Source: Camelus dromedarius
Lineage: Eukaryota
NCBI RefSeq assembly: GCF_036321535.1
Contig: NC_087436.1
Location: 63,490,001 to 63,554,000 of the forward strand
Direction: 5' to 3'
Length of the DNA: 64,000 nt
Numbering within the stretch: position 1 is the first letter of the stretch; the number at the start of each line of letters is the position of its first letter. This document shows positions 54,919 through 64,000 of this stretch, piece after piece. Both the position numbers and the translations under genes were made by a program. The notes under the pieces were generated by a model. The model was not told where the DNA came from and did not search any database. It was given only the letters and a program-made list of their open reading frames with translations.

Positions 54919-56336
54919 TTTTTCTTTGGTATTTTAAAAGTGAATTTATTTTGGTATTTGATAGATTTCTTTAATATAGGTTTTTATTGAAGTATAGTCA
55001 GGTTACAATGTTGTGTCAATTTCTGGTGTACAGCACAATACTTCAGTCATATAGGAACATACATACATTCATTTTCATTTTCTTTTTCACCATAAGTTAC
55101 TAAAAGATATTGAATATAGTTCCCTGTGCTATACAGTATAAACTTGTTTTTCTATTTTATGTATATTAGCTAGTATCTGCAAACCTTGAACTCCCAGTTT
55201 ATCCCTTCCCCTCCCTCCCCTCCCTGGTAACCATGTTTGTTTTCTATGTCTGAAAGTCTGTTTCTGTTTTGTAAATAAGTTCATCTTTTTTTTCCCCCCA
55301 TATATGAGTGATATCATGTGGTATTTTTCTTTCTCTTTCTGGCTTAATTCACTTAGAATGACATTCTCTGAGTCCATACATGTTGCTGCAAATGGCATTA
55401 TTTTATCATTTTTTATGGCTGAGTAGTATTCCATTATGTAAATATACCACAGCTTCTTTATCCAGTCATCTGTTGATGGACATTTAGGTTATTTCCATGT
55501 CTTGGCTGTTACATTGTTTGTTTTCTGAGGGGGAGGTCATTAGGTTTCTTCATTGATTTCCACTTGGAAGAGGTACTGGGGATTGAACCAGTAAAGTCTT
55601 GGGTGCTGAACATGTGCTCTACCATTTGAGTTATACCCTTCCCCCTTAGCTGTTATAAATAGTGCTGCTATGAACATTGGGGTGCATGTGTCTTCTTGAA
55701 TTAAGATTCCCTCTGGATATATGCCCAGGAGTAGGATTGCTGGATCATATGCTAAGTCTATTTTTAGTTTTTTGAGGAATCTCCATACTGTTTTCCATAA
55801 CGGCTGAACCAAATTACATTCCAACCAACAGTGAAGGAGGGTTCCCTTTTCTCCACACCCTCTCCAGCACTGATTGTTTGTGGACTTTTGAATGATGGCC
55901 ATTCTGACTGTTGTGAAATGATATCTCATTGCAGTTTTGACTTGCATTTCTCTGAAAATTAGCGATATTGAGCATTTTTTCATGCGCCTATTGGCCATTT
56001 GTATGTCTTCACTGGAGAGTTGCTTGTTTAGTTCTTCTGCCCATTTTTGAATTGGTTGTTTGCTTTTTTTTTTTTATTAAGTTGTGTGAGCTGTTTATAT
56101 ATTCTGGAGATTAAGCCCTTGTCAGTTGCATCATTTGCAAATATTTTCTCCCATTCTGTAGGTTGTCATTTTGCTTATGGTTTTCTTTGCTGTGCAAAAG
56201 CTTATAAGTTTAATTAGGCCCATTTGTTTATTTTTCCTTTTATTTTTATTGCTTGGTTAGATTGCCCTAGGAGAACATTGCTGAGAGTTTAAGACAAGAC
56301 ACTATAAACCTCTTAAAAGAAAATATAGGCAAAACG
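54919..56336 (-). mobile_element. Camelid-type L1 insertion with putative 3' transduction, short 5' inversion and nested SINE
   Basis: TSD TATTTAGACTTTC at 54906-54918 and 56337-56349. L1 body about 54981-56288, with the ORF2 Cys-rich end [15 protein letters not shown]. Inverted piece about 56290-56335. Confidence 0.9.
55512..55645 (-). mobile_element. tRNA-derived camelid SINE (Vic-1-like)
   Basis: Minus strand 'ggggaagggtataactcaaatggtagagcacatg...ggttcaatccccagtacctc...aaacctaatgacctcccc', with A and B boxes. TSD cttggctgtta (55501-55511) and cttagctgtta (55645-55655). Confidence 0.88.
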
Positions 56337-56682
56337 TATTTAGACTTTCAAAACAATTTTAGTTAACATATTTTAAACTTTTTCAAAAGAGTTGAGTAGG
56401 GACAAGTTGATCATGTGAAGTTCCTTTTGGATATATTATTCTGTTACTTTGTAATAAAAATGTCTTTAAATTATTTCTGACCTGGAAGTTAATTAAATAG
56501 AAAAATTTTAATAGATAACTTATTCTAGTAACTTCAAACTTCTTAATCACAATCTATAAAAAGTATATTTTATATTCTGATCCAGTATATAAACACACAC
56601 ACACACACAAATCATGTATGTAAACAACATAATAAGTGTCATGCCTGAAGTGTCCTCATATTCCTTCTAATCCTTTTACTTT

Positions 56683-57818
56683 TTTTTCAGTTTTATTTAG
56701 ATATAAATAACATATAGCAGGGTATAAGTTTTAAGATGTACAGTATAATGCCTTATATTTTTCTTTTATTTAGTTTTATGGTTACATTTAAGTGTTTAAT
56801 AATCCATTTTAAATTACTTTTATGAGTGGTACAAGTTAAGGGTCTAGCTTCATTCTTTTAGATATGAATATCCAATTTTCCCAGCACCATATACTGAAGT
56901 CACTACATTTTCTGCAATGAGTATTCTTGGTTCCCATGTAAAATATTAGTTGAACATACATGCATGGTTTTATGTCTGAGCTCTTGATTCCATTCCATTA
57001 GTCTATGTGTCTGTTTTTTGCCAGTACCATACAGTTTTGATTACTATAGAATTATTGACATTTCCTGCTTTGTCCTTACTCAGGATTGCTTTGGTTATTC
57101 AAGATCTTTTCTGGGCCCATAGAAATTTTAGAGTTGTTTTTCATGTTTCTTTAAAAAAAACTATTGGAATCTTAATAGGGGTTCCTTTCAATCTATAAAT
57201 ATCTTTGGGTAGTATGGAGATTTTAACAACGTTCTTCCAATCTATGAATAGCTTTTCATTTATTTGTATCTCTTCAATTTCTTTCAGCAACGTTTTATAG
57301 TTTTCAGTATAAAAGTCTTTCATTTCCTTGGTTAAATGTATTCCTAAGTATTTTATGGTTTTTGATGCTATTCTGAATGGGATTTTCTCTATTTATTTTT
57401 CATATAGTTCATTATTAGTGTATAGAAAAGCTACTGATTTTTTATGGTACTTTTGTATTCTGCAAGTTTACTGAGTTTGACTAGATTTAGCAGGTTTTTG
57501 TGGAATCTTTAGGATTTTCTATATATAGAATCACATCATCTGCAAATAGAAACAATTTTACTTCTTCCTTACTAGTTTTGATGTCCTTTATTTCTTTTTC
57601 TTGAGTAATTGTCTGGGACTGTCTAGGACTGCTAGTACTATGTTGAACAGGAGTAGTTAGAGTGGGCACCCCTGTCTTGTTCCTGATCTTACAGGAAAAG
57701 TTTTCGACCTTTCACTGTTGAGTATGATGTCAGTTGTGCACTTGTCATATATGGACTTTAATATGTTGAGGTAGATTTATTCTATATCTAATTTGTTAAG
57801 AGTTTTTGTCAGGAATGT
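56683..57818 (-). mobile_element. Older L1 with ORF2 reverse-transcriptase remnant
   Basis: ORF 57487-57669 contains [24 protein letters not shown], the RT catalytic FADD motif. ORF 57141-57323 has KDFYTENYKTLLKEIEE. Confidence 0.9.
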
Positions 57819-58002
57819 AATCTTTTTACTTTAAACATTCCCTGGATCTTCACCATCTTGTCTTCTATATCATCATCCAGCAGATACCTTTCAGGTTTAT
57901 GTTTTTCAGTTAGACTAACTTTAGTTTTTCCTTATTACCTTAACTCCATTCATGCTATAGCTCCAAATGAGTCATCATAACTGATCTATAAAGAAAATAA
58001 CA

Positions 58003-59065
58003 GACTTCCATTTCCTGTCCAGAATGTAATGAGAATGTAATGAATGTAATGTAATGTAGTAAAAAAAAATAAACCTTAAAAATCAACACTTCTTAGATCC
58101 ACCTGAGAAGTTAGGTTACAGGGTAGACTACTGTCCTGTCCACCCCTCCCACCCCCCAAAATTGGAGAGGCAGATAGGTGAATACAGAGAAATACAACCT
58201 ACCAGAGAAGACACCCACAAGCATAAACATCTGGGATAACCCAGTACCAGGGCAGGAAAATCTAAATTGTAACTGACAAATTGCTGGAGGCTCAATGTAG
58301 ACAATTCTAAAAGTTAAAACCTCCAGGGGGTACTAGTCATAAGGGGAGCTCCACACTTTTGTGAGTTCCATCTCTAGAATCTCTACCAGCTTCTCTTGGT
58401 GAAGACTGGAGAAAAATTTCCCTTGTGATTCCAGCAGTAGGTGAGGAAAAGTAGCCATTTGGAAAGGCACCAGGGCGTGCTGTTCTTCTAACAAGACCTG
58501 CCCTCAAGAGAAGCTATTTTGCCAGAACTTCACATATTGGAATTCTATCTAAGCCTAACTAAACATAGGGAAAAGAAATATGGAACTCCAGTCCTCTCTA
58601 GCAATCCTGTCCCACCAAATGATGGTGGGGAGGGAGGCACAAAGAGGGGAGACTAAACTGAAAGCACTTGTGAAATTCACAGCCCAGTGGCAGGGGCTCA
58701 CTAAAAGACTGAGATGTAAGCATAGGAATGTATAGTGTTTCCCTTCCCCCATACCAGAACAGCACATTACTAAAGGGCTATTTACCAAGTTTATTTTACT
58801 GAGTATATCGTGTCTGGCTTTCAACAGAAAAATCACAAGGCACACTAAAAGCCAAAAATCAAAATTTGAAGAGATGATGCAAGCATTAGAATCAAACTGG
58901 GATATGGCAGTTATTTTTAAATTATCAGACCATGAATTTAAAACAACTATCATTAGTGTGCTAAGGTCTCTAATGGAGAAAGTAGATAACATGCAAGAAT
59001 AAATGGGTAAAATAAGCAGAGAAATGGAAATGCTAAGAATCAAATAGGGATGCTAGAGACTAAAA
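58003..59065 (+). mobile_element. Ancient L1 (L1MC-type) 5' UTR / start of ORF1
   Basis: 'acaaattgctggaggctcaatgtagacaa...acacttttgtgagtt...aaattcacagcccagtggca...tggctttcaacagaaaaatcacaaggcacactaaaag...tttaaaacaactat'. Confidence 0.7.
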
Positions 59066-59699
59066 AGAAAGAATACACAAGGTTTTATCTATTACGATGG
59101 TCTGAGAAATCATTAAAATAATGTTTTTTGTGAAGTACATTAAAACAGTATTTCAAGGAGAACTTGATAAGCTACATTTGAAAACAAAGAATCATAGATC
59201 TTAATTATGAATTAAATATATTTAAGTAAATAAAATCAAATTATCAGATGCTGAGAACTATGACTGAAACAAGCTTGAAAATTAAGGAAACTAATAATTT
59301 GTAAAAATAAAGTTGAACTAGCTAATGCAGTAACAATATTGAACAGTTTCAAAGTAACTGTAAAGCATGTCATAATTGTTCCACCTGTATATCTATCCTT
59401 TCAAGATTACAGGTCAGATTTCCAGACTTGGTATTAATGTATCAGAATATATCAGTTTTTATATGCAAAATTTACAACTTAAGGAAAGATGTTTTTGTAG
59501 ATAAAGGAGGAGAAAGCAGAACAGAAATACAAGAAATACAAGGAAGCATACAAAAGACATGAAAAACTTCGATCACATTTGTTTCGGTAAAAAATTTCAC
59601 TTCATGGAACAGGATGCAAGGCATGAAATAAGTGAATCTTTAAAACAATAATGATGAAGTTTCTTCCCAATGTCATTATAAGGATCGCTGGTTTAATCT

Positions 59700-59875
59700 A
59701 ATTTAATCTTCATCACTTTATGAGTGATGGCTAACGGGGTGCCTACTCCAGTTCTTTTTATTTTGTAGATGAGCAAACAGAGGCTTAGAGAGTGATACCC
59801 TCTTAGGTCACAGATCAGGTTAGTGGAGAGCTGGGCACAAACCTGAGTCATCTGACTCCAGTGCCTGTACTGCGC
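59700..59875 (-). mobile_element. MIR SINE
   Basis: 'ttttgtagatgagcaaacagaggcttagagag...aggtcacag...tagtggagagctggg...tctgactccagtgcctgt'. Confidence 0.7.
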
Positions 59876-61642
59876 ATCAGCTCCATTTATCCATGCCCCA
59901 AGTCACTGCGGTATACCTATATTGACGGCTGGACTCCCTCAACTTGCTAGTCTTCCTCTGAAACTGTGCAATTTAAGGCCATCTTAGGCACCTCTCAGGC
60001 ACCGAGGCTGTTCATTATCTGGCCATTGCTGGAGTAATGTTGTTCCCTGTTCTCCTTAGCCTGCCACTCCTCTGCTCTGCCATACCACAGGAATAGCTTA
60101 GCTGATTATGTTACTCTTGCCTATAAATCTTCAATGATTCACATTGATCTTCAGAAAAAAGCAATACAGAATCAATTTGTTTTAATGAAAATAATCATAA
60201 TGCTTTGCAAGAGTAAATTGCTACAGCTATTGCAACTATATCCTGTCTTTGTGGAAATAATTGATTATTTCATAAAATTAAATTGGTGGAAGTCTACTTG
60301 AGTGGAATGCAGATTGATACATGATTCTTCACTACAGAAACTTCCACACTAATTTACACTTAATATTACATTTCTTTTTTATGTTCCCAATATTTAACTC
60401 ATGGATGGGTAATGAATAAAGTAGTGTATGAATTAAAATATGGCAATATTTAAAATTTTAAAAACTTTATATTAATCACTATTCAGATTACATATGATAT
60501 ACCCATATGGACATTTAAATCTTAATATTGTGAGATGAAAATTAATCATTAACCAATCCCTTCAAAAAATATAACATTGTAGAGTATTTTCTTAAAATGT
60601 TACCATGGAAGGAGAAAAAATTTTACATATTAAATAACAATCACTTTTTATTTAAAAACATATAGACTGAAGTTTAAATGTATGTAGATTTCTCTTTTGG
60701 AGAGATTTTCTTATGGAAAAACAAATTTTTTCTGAATATTTGTTTAATGTTTAAAAATTTAGATTATTTGTTAAAAAGTTTAAATGTAGGGGGAAAAAGT
60801 CTTTAAAATCTTAGAGTAAAAGATGCTGAACTTGAACCTCTAGACTGCTCAGTTGGCAAGCTGAACTGAGAAGGAGCCACGGGTGAGAAACCTGCAGTCA
60901 CACTCAAGTGAGTGTTGCTTTAGTTACCAAAGCAGATAACCAAAGGAAAAGAAGTAAGAATGGGGAACAATGTTAAAAGAGCAGAGAGTTGTTAGAGGAC
61001 AGAGGCCAAAATGCTCCAGGCTTATGTAATTTGACTGGCAGAAAGCCAAACTGAGTTGTGTCAGATAGCCATAAGAAGAGGGTAAGAGAAAAGTTAAAGA
61101 AGCAGACATCAGATTCAGGCATTCATAAATAAATTTGAAAGTAATTCTTTTAAACTGTACATGCCCTAGCTGAAGACTATACCTATCAAAGGGTAGCAGC
61201 CCAGTGTCTGTGTGTGTGGGTGTTGTAGGACAGAGAAAAACAAAAAAGTGTGCTCTCAGTAAGGAACTATAGACTCCATCGTCTTCCTGAAATAACAGTA
61301 TGTTTTGAATACTTAAGGAGAAAAAGAGTATCGAAGTGAACATTTGCTTGTCATCCTTTTTAGTTGACATACTGATTTACCTGCCATACACTGAAATGAT
61401 GAGAAACTAGGAGTATATTGATGCAAAATAATAAATAATATGTCGTATGATTACCAAGACACTAGGTTTACTCAGATTCTCCTGAAGCAGTGTTTTCTAC
61501 AGCATTTTAAAAAATTGTTCCTGTGCGAGTTAATAAAATGTTGTTTAATACAATCACGCTCACTCTTCTATCATTCCTTAAATGTGAACATCTCATCCTC
61601 CACATCCTGATTTACACATCAGCTTGATTCCCCTACAGTAAC

Positions 61643-62158
61643 TATGGTGAAACAAACCAAAAAAAAAAAAAAAAAAAAAATCAGTTGCCTATCCAACAAC
61701 CATTTCCCCTTTTCACTTCCTTATAGTTGCTGATTTAGTTGGTCTGGGAAACAGTGTGCCCTGTTCCAAGCAGTTAATCAGTTTGTTTAAGCCAACTGTT
61801 GTAATCTCACCCTTCTTTGACATTCTAGGAGTAATCAAGTGAAAAATTTCTGGGCAATGAGCATAAGGAATTTAGGAATTTTTTTATCTGTAACATAAAT
61901 GGAGAGAAGGGCAAGCATTTTCCCGCACCCACTTCATCTCCGCTTGTGTGACTCACTTTCGTTAGGGTGCAATGCTTGCAGTGTCACCAAGAACAGGGTG
62001 AAAATACAGAAGGCCCTAGCTTCCTGATGATATGCTGAGTTTCTGAACGAACCCTCTAAAATGCTTGCTTACACTTCACTGCTAAGTGACAACTACATTA
62101 TTTAAGTCACTTTCTGGATACTCTATTACCGGCAGCTGAAAGCATGATAATTGATATT
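61643..62158 (+). mobile_element. Old MLT1-type LTR with internal poly-A expansion
   Basis: 'gcctatccaacaaccatttcccctt...ttcctgatgatatgctgag...ttatttaagtcact...cagctgaaagcatgataattgata'. Confidence 0.55.
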
Positions 62159-62389
62159 ACTTCAATATTCTTTAAAAACCAGATGAATGGAAAAGAGGAA
62201 ATCTTTAATCAACAAATTAAAATTTTTGTAGGTATATTATTTGAGAATTATAAACGTTTTATTCAGTATACTACTACCATATGGACTGGAAGTACTACAA
62301 CATTTCACTATATTGCCTTATTATGTTATATTTTTCCCCCATGGAAATAAGTTTTATTCTGCTGTATTGTAAAGCTGCAAGAGATCAGA

Positions 62390-62778
62390 CAGCAGATGCT
62401 GTACTGCACTGCCCAGACGACCCCTTCAGATTGAGACATTGATTCCCTCAGCTTCTGGGAGAGCTGCAGGCTAACAGCTCACAGCTATGAATTTCCCTGG
62501 CCAGCAGAGCTGCCTCCTCCAAGGATATGCCTTATCTTGAGGGCAACTTGCCTCTGACTATTGAATGCAGAACATCATTGTAAAAAAAAAAAAAAAAAAA
62601 AGATACCAACTTCAGTGCTCCCAGGGGAATTCGCTGAAGCTTGTTTCCTTTGTATCAAAGTTCAAATTCTCTCATTTCAATCTCGCCTCTCTCAATCTCT
62701 CACAAGTGTTGTTTCTGGGAGTACACTGCAATAATCCAGCTACTTCTTGTTTCTGATTTCTAGGGAATCTGACCTACA
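62390..62778 (+). mobile_element. LTR16-like ERVL 5' LTR
   Basis: 'gcagatgctgtactgcactgcccagac...acagctcacagct...gagctgcctcctccaagg...ttctagggaatctgacctaca'. Confidence 0.65.
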
Positions 62779-64000
62779 TTTGGTGCCAGGAGTTACCTTA
62801 GGAAGCAGATTCTAAACTGGCTTTTGGAACCTGGATTTCCAGTCAGTCAGCTAGCAATGAAGACCAGCTCACTGGTCAGAGGAGCACTGACGGCCTTTGG
62901 CTTGCAGGTGTGTTGAAACTGTGGACGCTCTCACGGGGGACGAATTGGTATGCTACACCTATAAAGGAATGCACTGGCAGATAGAATATCTAAGGTGTTT
63001 GTGAGACTTGGGGGAAAATGTTACTCATAATAACTGTGGAAATTGGTGATTATATTGGAGGGATATATACTATATATATATATATATATATACTTTGGAG
63101 GACAATAAAAGGTGATCACTCACCAACACAAGGTAAAATATGAGGGTGACATGGTCCCCTTGGGAGCTTATTAAAGGGACTACAATCCTGCAACCAGAGA
63201 ACAGAGAAAATGGAAGATCTTGCCCCAGATTTTCTTAGAAGGGTAGTAAAGCTAATCAAATGAGTCTGACTAGGAAGTAGGGAGACCATCAGTTTTGGGA
63301 TAGGAGCCTCAGGATTACTGCACTCAAAGTTTTTGAAAGTCCGGGTTCTTCTGAACCCTCTGGGCTTACAGACGTGACCCACTTCTCTCGCTTAAACTAG
63401 CATTCCCTCCTTCCATTAAGTTGATTCAGAGGCCACTGCCTTAACAGACAATATGCCACTCCCCTCAGGCTCTAGCCTCATCTTTTATCCTGGCCATTTG
63501 ACCAATAAGTCACCACTAGAATTAAGTGGCAATATAATTTGGTCAGGAAAATGTCAGATATGTTAAGAAAGAAAAGTGATTATAACCTAAAAGAAACTCT
63601 TTAACAGGTACCAGCAGAGTAGAGGGAATATGCTTGAGAGCTGACCCTAAGTGTGCTGGATCAAGGAAAGTGGTATATAAAACTGGATAAGTGATACCTT
63701 ATCAATATGGGAGGACTCTCCCACAATATGGGATTTAATGCCCTGATAGGGTCCCAGGAAACTGTGCTAATGCAAATCTAGGGTGGCTCTTGAAAGCAGC
63801 AGTGATTGATGACCTACCCTGTGTAAAGCAGAAATGCCAGAACTGCCTTGACGGAGAGTAAAAGAAGAGATCGTTGGCTTACAGAAGCTAATGTACTAGA
63901 GTAGATACATAGCATAATGTCAGAAAATCCACAAACTGACTAACATCAGTAAGAGAATCCAGAGGACACTCCATTTACTACAGCAATAAGGAATGCTCTA
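62779..64000 (+). mobile_element. ERVL internal region (ERV3-16A3_I-like) with decayed gag, running off the window
   Basis: PBS-like 'ttggtgccaggag' follows the LTR. 63626-63745 translates EYA*ELTLSVLDQGKWYIKLDK*YLINMGGLSHNMGFNAL, similar to ERVL gag, with in-frame stops. Confidence 0.75.

Noticed and set aside
55570..55645. tRNA gene
   Set aside because: The A/B boxes belong to a SINE head followed by SINE body, tail and TSD. There is no intact cloverleaf or acceptor stem.
58555..59043. 162-aa hydrophobic minus-strand ORF as a membrane protein
   Set aside because: It is the antisense of an A-rich ancient L1 5'/ORF1 region. T-rich codons produce spurious hydrophobic ORFs.
6793..59065. L1 strand bias as evidence of a plus-strand host gene
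   Set aside because: Several L1/HAL1 elements are plus-oriented, and the counts are too small to infer an intronic location.
1..64000. Six-frame ORFs (60-162 aa) as host protein-coding genes
   Set aside because: They are short, often start at non-ATG codons, and are low-complexity or overlap repeats. The only recognisable peptides are decayed L1 ORF2 and ERVL gag. No consistent exon chain is present.
1..64000. Prokaryote-style system (CRISPR array, operon, defence island)
   Set aside because: The sequence is mammalian repeat-laden DNA, with no regularly spaced direct repeats and no gene-dense organisation.

Overview
This is AT-rich, CpG-poor mammalian non-coding DNA, either intergenic or deep intronic. 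It is almost certainly camelid (alpaca/llama/camel), judged from a Vic-1-like tRNA-derived SINE and several camelid-type L1 3' UTRs. I find no credible protein-coding gene, RNA gene, CpG-island promoter or CRISPR array. The ORF-track hits are chance ORFs or decayed L1 ORF2 pieces. The window is a layered transposon record: MIR, L2, HAL1, L1M, MaLR/ERVL LTRs, hAT and Tigger MITEs, a MER41-like ERV1 solo LTR, young L1s and a SINE. Repeat family names come from recalled consensus similarity, not a database search, and the boundaries of old elements are approximate. The best-supported observations are structural. One L1 insertion is bounded by a 13-bp TSD and carries an apparent 3' transduction, a 5' inversion and a nested SINE. 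Two further L1s are 5'-inverted (twin-primed). The intact MER41-like LTR has a STAT motif with N4 (STAT6-type) spacing. There is also a speculative 81-nt exon-like segment that starts with a J-domain-like motif. I do not see evidence for a novel biological system.
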